Origin: Thalia democratica | Taxonomy: Eukaryota | Assembly: GCA_965202585.1 (NCBI GenBank) | Contig: OZ241832.1 | Location: forward strand, 6,324,001-6,388,000 | Direction of reading: 5' to 3' | DNA: 64,000 bases | In this document: one piece after another, positions 11,353-24,438 of the stretch | How the letters are laid out: the number at the start of each line of letters is the position of its first letter | Numbering within the stretch: position 1 is the first letter of the stretch | Made by a program: the position numbers and the translations under genes | The notes under the pieces: generated by a model | The model's input: the letters and a program-made list of their open reading frames with translations, nothing else | Told to the model about the DNA's origin: nothing | Database searches by the model: none

Positions 11353-12269
11353 AACCTTAAAGAGAACTTTTTAAAAAAACTCAGTAAAAAAAAAACCGAG
11401 TACAGTTTTTTCAATCATTGATTTAATTTTGTTGATATCTACTGTTTAAACGTACTGTAGATACTGGGTAGAATTAAAAAAAAAACAAGAAACTAATAAC
11501 GTTATTTTGAAATCTTTCAAGATTTAAACTTAAATAATGTTTAAGTTATGCGAAATTTTTAGTATTTTTAAACAAATCTTCCTTAAATATTTTCTTATAC
11601 AAACATTTTCTTATTTAGATAATTTATTAAATTTTAAGGTGCACTATATTAAACGATTTTTATAAAAACATAACAATTTATTCTCTACTTCAAATACGTT
11701 TTTTAAACGTAAATAATTAATTTGTTTTAGATTTTTTAGACCAACTAAATTTTTTACAGTCAACGATTTATAAACTTTATTGGTTTTTACTAGTCATACT
11801 AGAAAAAATTTTGAAAAACACGATAAAAATACTTTTAAAAAATACTTAGCTCTAGTATTAACCTTTAACTGTAATAAGTATGTTGAATATTTATACCGAC
11901 ACTAAGGTTTAGCTTAAATTTACAGATTATATCAAGACATATCAATAAACTAATAACCAAAGTAAAAAATCTTTATTGAACTGTTAGTGAACTAATAACA
12001 TTAATATATACTTTTAAAAAATGCAGTTTTCATCTATAAACAAGACCAGCTGCAGTCATTAAAATTTATGCAAATTCGTATGCAACAAAATCGAATGATA
12101 ATGACAAGTATATATTTTTTTTGATTTTTTTTCTAAACTTACAAACACTTAAAACTAAACACATCCATCGTTTCTGGGCAGAAAATTTGACCAAGCATAA
12201 CACCAAAAATAACGGTGTATCAGGAAATAATCTGACAAACGAGTTTTCAGTAGCATACTCAAACTAGTA

Positions 12270-13080
12270 TTAAGAAAATCGATATAAAAATTTGTTTAGT
12301 AACACATTTAATCATCAAATATTTTCAATCTATCAAACTCATCAAAGTTTCCATTTGAGCGCTGTTTTCCTTTGGCTTCTGATTCTGAAAGTTTTTTAGA
12401 GTTAGACTTTAACTCTGTTAGAAGAACACTTATAAGCAATGAATTAAACGTTGATACAGAGCTGCAAGTATTTAATGCAGCAGATAGCTGGTTGTGTCAT
12501 GCCTTAACTGAACGTAGAAAATACGCAAAAACTCTTTTGTCTAAAGTTCGACTTCACCTTCTGTCAGTTCCTGCATTAGAACAAGTTTTTGAAAGAGTGT
12601 CATCAAAATATCATGAATGTGCTTACGTTATTAAAGCAGTTTTAGACAATAAGCAACAACTAAACTCAATCAGTTGCCATATTACAATTAGGTACTGCAA
12701 CCAAAGTAATTTTAACATATTAGTTTGTGGAGGAGCAATTTATTGCCTAGATAAAGTTTTTAATGATGTTAAGTTTTTTAGTGCAAACAATTTTAGTGAA
12801 TTCAGTAATTTGCCAAAAATGAGAGAATGTCGAAAATCTTTTGGAGCAGTTTATATTAAAGGTGAAGTTTATGTGTTTGGTGGCGATGATGGTAAACAAG
12901 TTGAAAAGTATTCCCATTTAACCAACACTTGGGAACATGTATCTGACATGATAGATGATCGTATGTTTTTTTCTGCTTGTTCTTTTGTGGATAGTGTATA
13001 TATTATGAGCGGTCTTATGGGTGAGGCTACAGGAGGGAACGATATAGCAACTTGTTTTGAGTTAAATACAAAAAGTCTTA
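12270..13080 (+). pseudogene. Kelch-like paralog 2, degenerate N-terminus and truncated after about the third blade
   Basis: ORF 12372-13178 starts at TTG; it is homologous to paralog 1 up to ...CFELNTKSL (13080) and then runs into unrelated sequence. Upstream codons are frameshifted. Confidence 0.85.
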
Positions 13081-13839
13081 TTTTTATGGTTTATAAACTT
13101 ATAGATTTTATAGTCATTTTAAACCTTAAAAATGTTAAAAAATCTCAAAAGATTAACGCAAAACGAAGCAAAAGATGAAAAAAGTTGCTTGGAAGAGCCA
13201 AGTAGAAAGACAACAAGACTCGAACATATCACACAAAATATATTCAAGTCGCTAACAAATCCTGTCAACCAAAACAGTCCTGAATTTGTTATGTTGAACA
13301 AGAAAGCAACTTTTGAAAAGCTGAACGGCAAAGTGTTTGATAAAGTTAAAGACTTCGAGAAGCAAGGTTTTCCATTTTTATGTTTAAACATACTTTATCT
13401 AAAATATTGTAAATTATAGAGTAATTTTGATCTAGTTGAAAATTTAATATAATTTTTCAAATTTAATAATTTTTTACAGCAGTTAATTGAATATAACAAG
13501 TAACTGTTTTTGTTAGTTAAAAGCGACTTCAATAAAGTTTAATGGGTTAGTGAAAAATATAAGATTAATTCTGGGTTTTAACTCATTTTCATAAATGCTC
13601 CCTCGGCAACAAGTTCAAAAATAATAGCTCTTTTACTAGTTATATACATTATTAATTTTCGTTTATCTACCAGTTAGTGTTGCCTAACATTATCTTAATC
13701 TAAAGGGTGATATCGTCTATTTTACAACACTCTGAAAAAGCTCGTGAGCTTAATAAACGTTTTTATATTTAAAAAAATATGCTTAACTTTCATTTTCTTA
13801 TTTAAAGTATAAATTCTACAGAAAACCCTATTATTGACA

Positions 13840-14060
13840 AAAGCATACTTTTGCCAAATGTAACTTTTAATGCTATTTTCTAAACGATGTTAAGAATTTA
13901 AATATGCAAAATTTCAAATAATTAAAAAAATAGTTAAAATTAGAAATAAAAAACAGTTTAGCAACATAATATTCGTCGAAAATTTTAAAGATATTAATTA
14001 TGGCTAAAGTTTCTATGAACTTAATTGAGAGATGTTTGCAAACGATTACTTATACTAACA
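13840..14060 (+). pseudogene. Second copy of the degenerate BACK-start relic
   Basis: Paralogous to 9380-9600 (CATACTTTTGCCAAAT..., AAAGTTTCTATGAACTTAATTGAGAGATGTTT). Confidence 0.55.
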
Positions 14061-14440
14061 AATGGTACAGTTCATGATTGTAACTTTTTAAAACCCAGAA
14101 ACACTTTTATATTTATTTAGAACGTTGTTAAATAAAAAATTAAGATGTTCATTGCACTATAAAAAGTATTATACTAAACAAATGTTACGAAACAAGTTTC
14201 ATTTATCTCTCGCTAGGCAAAATTCAATAAATAATCACCCGTTTTATCAGATATAGCTCTTTTGATGTAAAACTTAATAGAAAACAAATCACAGGCAAGT
14301 TGGTTGCCCTAATTGTAAAAATCGAGGAAAAGTAGACATTGTTTAACAAGGCTAGAAACCTTGATATAATTTTATATAGTTTGAATAGTAAAGTATTATA
14401 TTTAGTATAAGTAATTGTTATTTTTACAGAAAAGTCAACT

Positions 14441-15253
14441 ATGGACGAGGTCGAGCTTGTGATGTCAATGAAACTTAACAAAATTTTACTTAACGAAGTT
14501 GAAGATAATGAAATAAACGAAGTTATGATGTCCAAAACTGATATAAAAAATTGTTTAGTAACACATTGCTCATCAAATATTTTCAAGCTTTCGAATTCAT
14601 CTAAAAATTCTATGAACCTTATTGAGCGCTGTTTTCCAATGGCTTCTGATTCTGATAACTTTCTAGAGTTAGACTTTAACTCTGTTAAAAGAACACTTTT
14701 AAGCAATGAATTAAACGTTGATACAGAGCTGCAAGTATTTAATGCAGCAGATAGCTGGTTGTGTCATGCCTTAACTGAACGTAGAAAATACGCAAAAACT
14801 CTTTTGTCTAAAGTTCGACTTTCCCTTCTGTCAGTTCCTGCCTTAAAACAAGTTTTTGAAAGAGTATCATCAAAATATCATGAATGTGCTTACGTTATTA
14901 AAGCAGTTTTAGACAATAAACAACAACTAAACTCAATCAGTTGCAATATTACAATTAGGTACTGCAACCAAAGTAATTTTAACATATTAGTTTGTGGAGG
15001 AGCAAATTATTGCCTAGATAAAGTTTTAAATGATGTTAAGTTTTTTAGTGCAAACAATTTTAGTGAATTCAGTAATTTGCCACAAATGAGAGAATGTCGA
15101 AAATCTTTTTGAGCAGTTTATATTAAAGGTGAAGTGTATGTGTTTGGTGGCGATGATGGTAAACAAGTTGAAAAGTATTCCAATTTAACCAACACTTGGG
15201 AACATGTATCTGACATGATAGATGATCGTATGTTTTTTTATGTTTGTTGTTTT
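14441..15253 (+). pseudogene. Kelch-like paralog 3, nonsense mutation and 3' truncation
   Basis: ORF 14441-15112 ends at TGA where paralog 2 has GGA (KSF-G-AVYIKG). Homology continues to about 15253 and then breaks. Confidence 0.88.
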
Positions 15254-15405
15254 CCTGCATTAAAACAAATTTTTAATGGTGACATTATTGAAGCTGTTCA
15301 ACAAACAACAGCTAAACTCAACTACTTGCGATATCACAACCAGGTACTGCAACCAAAGTAATTTCAACATATTAGCTTGTAGAGGTGAAAACTGTTACCT
15401 AGAGA
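15254..15405 (+). pseudogene. Fragment of a fourth Kelch-like paralog (BACK end/linker)
   Basis: PALKQIF..., then after a frameshift QQLNSTTCDITTRYCNQSNFNILACRGENCYLEK, matching the BACK-Kelch linker. Confidence 0.75.
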
Positions 15406-16929
15406 AACATCGGAGTCTTACAAAGCACTGAACAAGCTCGAATAAGGACAAACTATATTGAAAATGCCGTGTATTTCCAAACTGTTCAACAGGAGTCACC
15501 ACACCTGACACCCAAAAGTTACATGAGCTGCCTTATTTGACGCAAAAACGTTACGAGCAACAAGTGCCGGCATACTCCAATCATAAACTCCAATCAAAAC
15601 CCGTATTTACAACCGAATGACTACGACTCTGTTTGTGATGAGCAACCACCAAACTGTATTTACGAAGAATGTGACTGATTTGTTATAGAAACTTCTTAAA
15701 TAAAGCTGTTGAAAATTTTTTGTTGAATGTTTTAAGCGTTGTTGTCAGATTTTAACCAGAATAAAGCCAAATGTATTTAAAACACGTTTCTATTTTTTGT
15801 AATCTAGCAACTTTACTTAAAACTACTTGTTATTAACTGATGTTTTGATCAAATTGCTGTATATGGTTTGTAGCACAGTTGTCAGGCTGGATTTTTTTAC
15901 AGATGATGGAAAACTTTAAGTTTTTGAATTTAAACTTTTACTAGTGATGCTAATACTATCAATAAAATTATCAGCGTTTTAATTATTACGTCACTATACA
16001 TAAAACTTTATTGCTTTCACAATTTTGTAGAGTAAAAGTGGACTGAACAGAAAAACTTTGATTTTTGTATTTATTTAAAAAATTGCATAAAAAATGGGTT
16101 AATTTTACATTTAGAATGATAAATCAAAATAACTGTTTTATAAGCACTGAAGTTAAAGTTTCGAGCAAGTTTTAAAAAACTAGTATATAATCGAAAATTT
16201 AGATAAAAAGTTAGATAAAAAGTCGAAACAAATACAAAGCATTGTAAAAATATGTCAAGTATATGCGACATGAACTGTAATCAAAAACTAATAGTAATAC
16301 TACATGTGTTTGAAAGATGTGAAAAAGTGACAGTTTACATAAATTCAACAGTTGAACTAAATTTTAAAGTTACTCAGCTGATGCAAGTAATTTAATTCAG
16401 CTTTGAAACAAAAACAAAGTAAAATCTAAGGGCTAGAAAAATCTTTAAATGGTATGTTTGAACTTGCTTTAAACAAGAAACTAATTCTAAGTGTTTTTAA
16501 TATCACAAAGTAAAGGTTTACAGTATTTTAGACATGGAATTTGAACAGGCGACGATACAGCGAACAACCAAGATTAATTCAAGGAAACATAGAACAACAA
16601 CGTCACACTGAATTAGTTCCGTATAATTGTTGAACTTGATTTAGAGCATGATAGCCGGATTATTTACTACAAATATGTATAACTTGTAGTCAATATCCAG
16701 CAAATAATACTAAAAACCACGGTACAAAAATACGAAACTTTTTTTGAAAATTTCTTCCAGGTTTTTTAAGAACTTTTGCTCTTTTTTAGTACAAAATAAA
16801 ATTAAAGCTGAAAATTTGTTTTAATTAGTAAACAACGTACTATTACGAAAATTTAAATATATTTTTTGAATGATATATAATTTTTTTCTATATAAATCGT
16901 ATTTAATAGAATTTTCAATACTTAACATA

Positions 16930-17065
16930 AAAAAATCTTATTTCTTTTTTAAATTTTAGATTTTTACAGGTTTTTTAATGTTTTTAGTTCAAAATTCTAG
17001 GTTTTTTTAGAGTATTTCAACCCAAATTGTCAAATACCAGGTTTTCAAGTCTTTTTGCAACCCTG
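16930..17065. mobile_element. MITE family right end
   Basis: Repeated CAGGTTTTT-like motifs ending in TTGCAACCCTG. Confidence 0.5.
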
Positions 17066-17629
17066 TTTATATACTACTTTGGTACTTTAAAAGATTTTCG
17101 CTTATTATACAACTGTGGTAATTAAGTGTAGTAGTAACTAACGAAGTTACTTTACAGAAATTAAACTACTAAAAAACTTTAGAAAGAAAGTAAATGAACC
17201 GATGGTTTATCACAGAGATTACTTTAACATTTAAACAGAAACTAGATTGAAAAACCAAAAAAGCTTAGATATTGTTTAAATTAATCTTGAAAGAAATATA
17301 TACAATAAGTAGAAAATAAAGAACATAAAACAATGGACTGGTACAGAAAAGATTAAAAAGTGGTTTTAACAGCTGAAAAAAACAAAAAGTATTCAAGCTT
17401 GATGTGCAATATATCTACACAACCAACAAGATATAACTAACAAAAGAATGTTTCACATTTATGTATCAAAGTAAAGATATAAGATAAAAATGTCGGACAA
17501 ATTGATGTTATTCAATAAGGCTTGAGTATTTATTAAAACAAAAAAAAAGTTAATCTAGCTGTTTTTAGATTTGATACACACTTAGCGTGAAAAAAGTCAC
17601 GTGTAACGGTCAAATATCAAATAAAAATT

Positions 17630-19141
17630 ATATATACCATGAAAATGGACTGAACAAGTCATAAAGACTTTAAATAGGAATTATATTTGAACTGTGTTAG
17701 TTACTTGAAGGTAAAATAAGTATCGTTTGAGACTTAAAGTTGAACTAATCATACAAACCAACACAACAAGATGATGATTGACAATGAAATACTAAAAAAG
17801 AATGTAGTGGGCTAGAAGTAGAACTAACTTACGAAACAACAAAATAGAAATTTAATATCGTTGTCGACTTATAAACAAAGGCTATTGAATTTAGAAAACA
17901 ATAGAGAATATTTTTTAAACAAACTTTTAATTAATTTTACACTAACACAAACAAAATAATGAGCTTCAAACTAAAATACAAAACTGGATCTACTTTCAAT
18001 ATTGTTGGAATAAGGTATGTTTGAATACGAATATGACATAATTCACAACTATTTTTCCCACAGTTTTGTTCTACTCTAAACCAATACCTTTTAAAAAATA
18101 AGTTATTTGAAATATTAAAGTTATTGTTAAAAATAATAAAGTTAACAACCTCAAAGTAAGAATTAGTTGGCGTAACGGTATTTGATACAATTAATCGAAA
18201 GTACAGAGATTTGAACCGTTGAAACATTATTTTTATTATCAAATAAATCCATGCGGTTGCTTATAAATTTTAAGTAAAACAAATAACACGTAGTATGTCT
18301 AATTGTAAATAAACTAAAATAGTGACATGAACAACTTTTAACTGACTTTTATAAACAAACCGTCTACAAGATATTTGGTAATTATGATACTTAGTTTTTA
18401 ATACCATAAAATACTTTAACTATTTAAATTACAATAGAGGTTTATAAACTTAACTACAATGCAAAACTTTTGTGTTACTTATAGAATAATACCAAGGTTG
18501 TCCACTATAAAACTTAACCATTCATATTGAAACACCAAGGATATATACTATAAAACGTTAAGCTTTACTTTTGGTTTAAACCTTTTAACGTTTTTTGGTT
18601 ATTTTTTACCTAAACTGTCGAGTTCAAGGCAAAGTGGCAACCCTGTGTGTAAAATTTATATAGACCATGAAGCTGGACTGAATAAATCATAAAGATTTCA
18701 AATAGGAAGTATGTTTGAACTTTGTTCATTACTTGAACGTTATAAAAGTACTGTTTGAGACTTAAATTTGAACTAATCATACAAACCATCACAGCAAGAT
18801 GATGATTGATAATAAAATACTAATGATGACTGTAGTGAACTAGAACTGAGTTACGAAACAACAAAATAGAAATGTAATAAGGTATTAGACTTATAAACAA
18901 ACGCTATAAAATTCTTTATCAAACAAACTTTTAATCAACTTTACGTCTGCAGTAATACGAACAAAATGATGAACTACCAACTAAAGAACAAAACCTTACT
19001 TCAATACTGTTTTAGAATAAGGAATGTTTAATCACGAAAATGACATAATTGACAACTAATCATACAGTTTTGTTCTACTCTAAACCAATACCTTTTACAA
19101 AATAAATTACTTGAAACCTTAAAGTTGTTGTTAAAAAATAA
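17630..19141. repeat. Old tandem duplication, period about 1028 bp (about 17630-18135 and 18655-19141)
   Basis: Shared blocks such as CCATGAA..TGGACTGAA, GTTTGAGACTTAAA.TTGAACTAATCATACAAACCA and CAGTTTTGTTCTACTCTAAACCAATACCTTTTA. Confidence 0.85.
18493..18645. mobile_element. Short MITE copy
   Basis: CAAGGTTGTCCA ... GTGGCAACCCTG ends; the subterminal TTTTTTACCTAAA is shared with the copy ending at 8821. Confidence 0.55.
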
Positions 19142-19844
19142 CTAAAGATAAAAACTTCAAAATAAGATTTAGTATTTTGACTACTAACTTATATCTTTGC
19201 AAAGAACAGTCAAAACAGGCAAGAAAATAAAGATTGAGACAGCAGTTCTAGTAATTGATAAGTTGCCAGAACAAAGTAAAGCATGAGTAACAATTTAGAT
19301 TAATTTAGACACATAGGATTTTTTGAGGTGTATTCGATCAGTTTTGGGTTGCTCACACTGTACGAAGCAGAAAATGTCTAATCTACTTATGTAAGCCACT
19401 TAAACAATTGTATTAGATAAAAAGCAGTGTCCGAGGTCTGTCAAAACTTGAACTGTATTTAGTTGTTTAACAGCAGATGAAAAACTGAGAATGCAAATAC
19501 TCCAACAAAGACAAATGTAGTCAAACTTAAAGCTTTATTGTCAGAAAAGCTGGATATTGGATAAGCTGAGACATAAATAAGAATGTATAACATTTTATTT
19601 AGTCTTTAATTAACTTTAGGCTAGCGATAGAGTTACTTTACAATAAAGCTTTAAGTATAATATAATGACGTTTAAGACTTATAAATTCACGCTATTAATC
19701 AAAGAGAAATCATAGAAAAGAATTTTAAACAAGGTTCTAATAAAACTTACAAGCATTTTTTTTGAAAGTAACATTCTCAAAATGCAGTTTATAGTTATGA
19801 TAAGCTTTCATATTAAGATCATATCAAATCTCATGACATTTTCG

Positions 19845-19881
19845 AAAACCCCTAATTTTTCCTGGTTTTGTGGCAACCATG
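19845..19881. mobile_element. MITE family right-end remnant
   Basis: CCTGGTTTTGTGGCAACCATG. Confidence 0.4.
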
Positions 19882-20233
19882 TATATAACGGTTAAGTGTA
19901 TCCGTGAAACTGTATACTTTAAAACAGGATGGTAACTTTACTATAAAAAGACATTTTATTTTATTAAATTTCGAGTGAAATAAATATTTTTTAATGCAAT
20001 AAATGATAATAGTATAATTTAGCGCAACAAGATGATAATTAATGATGAAATCATAAGAGTTGGTTGTAGTTTAAATATTTGTTCAATTTAAGTTTAGTAA
20101 GGGAGTGTACAAAACTACATGAATAAAACTGTTTAATTAAGAAACAGTGCTCTATCAAATTAAAATAGTAGGAAAACAAACAACAATGATTGTTTAATAT
20201 CGAAATTAATTTTATAAAATCAAGACTTATGAT

Positions 20234-20515
20234 CAGGGTTGCCACAGGATTTCTTCTAGATTTTTTTAATTACACGTTTGTTGGTCTATTTTTAATTTAA
20301 AATTAAGTTTAAGGTAAACTGCGTTAAACAGTATAACAACATAACTGTATAGCTACTTTAAATGTGTTTAAAATAAAAAAATAATGATGACAAATGATAT
20401 TTATACATTTAATAGATTATTCGCGTCGAATCAAGGACTACTTAACATGTAAAAGTTGCTTAAAATTCAAGGTTTTTTCAAAGTTTCACAAGTTCCAGGT
20501 TTTTTGGCAACCCTG
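20234..20515. mobile_element. MITE (non-autonomous TIR DNA transposon), best-preserved copy
   Basis: Perfect 11-bp TIRs CAGGGTTGCCA / TGGCAACCCTG (12 bp including the flanking T/A), 282 bp, no ORF. No clean 8-bp TSD; ATGA flanks both sides of the 12-bp version. Confidence 0.8.
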
Positions 20516-21919
20516 AATGATGAAAATTTTACAATAAACATAAAAAGTAGTCATTAGTATCAATAAAGTATTGTGCACTTTTTATTTAACAGATCACATA
20601 ATAATAATGACTAAATAATAAGGAGAATAATCAGTTTAATATTTTAAATTTTATTAACAAAACAATCTTTACTCGTTTCAACTGAATCAAACGAGACCAG
20701 GCAATAAAATATTACTAGTTGATTACCATATATGCTTAAATAGAAGAATTTTATTAAAAAAACATGTTATTCATTATTTATTATGCATATGTTAGTAATG
20801 CCTGCATTATATGATACGTATATACTTCGCTAATAAAGTACAAAACATTTTAAAACTAAACAATATCTGATATTTACTATGTGTCCATAATTTGTGGTAT
20901 TATAAAAATCTAATTTATAATAAATGAGACCTCCCAAAAAGATGACGTAATAATCATGAATAAATAAAAATACCGAAATTTTGTGAAAAAGACAGTAATT
21001 TGTTTGTTAGATTTTTAAAAATGGCCACGTTTTCTGAGTACAAATTAAGGTGCAAATATACACTTTTATGAAGAAGAGCAAAATAGCTATATGGAAAAGT
21101 AACAACAATTAAAGTTTCCAACGATGCATTATGTTTGATAATAATAACGACTACAGTGAACAACTTAAATATTTTGTGGCTCATACACCGGTTGCAAAAA
21201 ACTAGAAAAAAAAGAGTAACTTGTACGGGCTTTATCTCTTTTAAACAACGTCAGAGTGAAATAAGTCCATTAAGCCAACGTTCTTTACTTAACTTTGTTC
21301 TACATATAACAACAAAACTAAATTATAGTTACGAACTAGACCTATATGTAAACAATAGAATTATTTTATAAGAAACCATAGCATTTTTTAAACAGCCATT
21401 AGAAAAAAACAATAAAAAATAATTTAAATTATGACAATGAATCCAATTTTAACTTTGTTGAACTTTTGCAAAACAAATCATTAGTTAACACTATGTTTTA
21501 ATTTATCCCAGAGCTTTGTTAATTTTTAAACCAATACTTATCTAACGAAAAACGTCCACATAAAGTTTCTAATTATTGTAAATTATAGTAAAGCTTACCA
21601 TGAATGCTGACGTTTTATTACTTTTAACGGAACATTTACATTCTATTGTATTTCATATTAGTGATAAGCAGAAGACTTATCAATAGTGGAGAAGCTAATA
21701 AAAGGTTGACGATAAAAACGTACTTAGTTAATATTATAAAATTTTTGAGGCATTGTTTGAGTAATGAACTTGTATTTATACTAAAAATATAATGCATAAC
21801 ATTTAGTTGAATAAATATATATTTTTTCATTTAAACTCAGTTTCAGTTAGTAAGATTTAACATATATATTAACGGATAGATGTAATAAAATTAAAATATC
21901 ATTAGGCAGAATTACATAA

Positions 21920-22715
21920 GGCCTAGAAGTGTACCTTACTTAAAGTGCGTACTTTACAGTTACATAGATAAATAAAAATGTCTTCATTATATTTAAATAT
22001 AAAGACGCCAAACAAGCACAACAATTAGAATTTTTTTATTAATAAACTTTTAAATATAAAACAACCAATTCATCATCAAAAATAAAAACTAAGAATACTA
22101 ATACAAACCGTGAAACTAGACTGAAAACTCTCAAAGCTTTATACAATGCTGGAAGTGTACTCGAACTGTAATGTAAAAGTTTAATAAAAAATAATTAAAA
22201 TATTAAGAAATAAGGTTGAAAACAGTTATACAAACCAGCGCAACAATGATAAAATGCTAAAAGCTGATTGTAGCTTGAAAATTATTTTTTTTTTGAAAAT
22301 ACTAAGAAAATCTACACACATTAAAGTTTTTATTTAAGAAATACTTTATATTCAAACTGAAGCAGTCTCAAAAAAAAAATAAACAAAGTTTATGTAGAAA
22401 AACAAAAAGATTGAAAAGTGAACTTGAGAATCAATTGATCAATTTGATAGCTAAACTAAACTTTTGATCGTACTGAAATACATAAAGCCCAGAGACGTAC
22501 CTTACTTTAAATGCGTAACTTACATTTTTAGATACCCTAACATTTTTACACAGATAATTAAAATGTCTTTATTATTTTAAAATATAAAAGTTCCAAACAA
22601 GCACGAAACTTATATCTTGTTTTTAAAAATTAAAAAAAGTTAATTAAACAAGTCGCTCATTGAAATCATACAAAACTGAGAAGACTTATACGAATCGTGA
22701 AACTAGAATGAACTT
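21920..22715. repeat. Diverged tandem duplication, period about 586 bp
   Basis: AGATAA.TAAAATGTCTT, CCAAACAAGCAC and CGTGAAACTAGA.TGAA blocks each occur twice (about 21965-22130 and 22551-22712). Confidence 0.7.
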
Positions 22716-23164
22716 TAAACAATTATTGTTTGAGACATAAGGTGTAAAGGTTCATAAAAACAAGCACAACAACGTGATAGTAAATAGCAAAACACTAATG
22801 ACTTACTGTAGATCGAAGATTAGTATATTTTGAAAATATCAAGAGAATATTGTCTTTTGAATCTTTTATTGGTGAGAAACAAAATACTAAGAGCTTAGCA
22901 GTAAGAAATGCTATGAAGAGTAGAACACTTATTGTGGAAATACTAAGTGTTGTTTGTAAATTTCTTTTAGGTTTTAAAAAACACGTTTTTTGGTCCATTT
23001 TTAGTTGGTCATTTAATTTAAGTAAAATAATTGTCTTTAATGGCATAACAACATTGTAAAGATACTGTAAAGGTACTCCTAGTGTGTTATAAAATGAAAT
23101 TATATATTGGTGATACAAAAAAATTCTTTATTTTACATAAAATAAAAAATAATGTTTTTATTAA

Positions 23165-23216
23165 CTTTGTTCTGGGTTTTTCCAGGGTTCTAGGTTCCAA
23201 AAAGTGGACAACATCG
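23165..23216. mobile_element. Very degenerate MITE right end
   Basis: TTTTTCCAGGGTTCTAGGTTCCAAAAAGTGGACAAC resembles the end at about 8790-8821. Confidence 0.3.
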
Positions 23217-24438
23217 CTCTTTATAGGGGCAACAATCAATTATAAAAGTGAGGAATCGAAAAAGTAAATGTGTAATCAACAGTAAGGATTGTTTTGTTTC
23301 TTGTGCCAAGTGGACATTTAAAAAGTTAGTTTGTGAAACCTCGGAACTAAGAGCTTAATCTTAATAGAATCGAAGCTATTTATAATACTTAAACTAATCA
23401 AAGTATATAAGAATCATCCCTATTTGATTTAATATCGAAAAAGCGAGTTTAATCTGGAATATTTAAACTGGATTTATTGAATTAGTTAAGAAAGTAGTTT
23501 GACTGAAAGGGTCATGACTTTGAATGAATAAAGTATACGAAGCATTAAGTTTATTTATGACTAACAAAAAACAAACATACAACAAAATAATGTAGTATCC
23601 CGACATGAAATGTGACATGTTTAATTCAGAACTAACCTGAGAGTACTAAGAGCCAAGTAAGTTAGAAACAAGTTTAAATATATCAAATATAAAAGAACAT
23701 TAGTCATTACTTTCCACATAAAATATCACTAAGAAATTGTTAAACAAAATATGTTTGTTTAAAGACTCAATATTTAAGAAAGGACCCACTGATTGTATAT
23801 ACTAAATACTATTAACGTAGCTATAGAAATCGTAAACATAAACTGTATTTGTTTAACAATAGTAAATATTATAAAGAAATAAACGGTTTAGCTAACAAAT
23901 TAAAAACAAATACATAAAAATAAAAAAAATTGTATATGACTAAATCCTGAAATATTTATTAGTACTACGTTACGGTTCATAGTTAGTATGTAAAGTAACT
24001 TTGATTAACTTAAATTTATAAAAAATATTAGATATTTTTATCAAAACAAGAAAAATACCTAAAATAGAAAACTAAATGGAATTAACTAACTGCTGGACAT
24101 AGCAATCGTAAAAAATTTAAAAATCATATATGTGCTGAAAAAAAACAACTACTTTGTTTGAATTTAATATGTAAAGTTGCAACTTTAGAGAACATCTGTT
24201 AACCTATTATGACTTAACAGTTTAGCCAAGATGTAGTCTGTTTATTAGTTTACTAAATAAGTTTTTATATACTTTGCATATTAAACTATAAGGTTCTGTC
24301 TAGATTAACTATATTCTTTATGAAAATACGCAGTAACAAGTAGTACATACACACATATAATTAAGCTGTTACAAAAAAAAAATTATATAGAAAGTGTTGT
24401 GTATACGTTTACCATTGCTATTTAAGCATTTCTAACTA

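Noticed and set aside
9926-14706. Antisense ORFs 9926-10129, 10393-10587, 13119-13391 and 14224-14706
   Set aside because: Shadow frames opposite Kelch coding sequence or another ORF.
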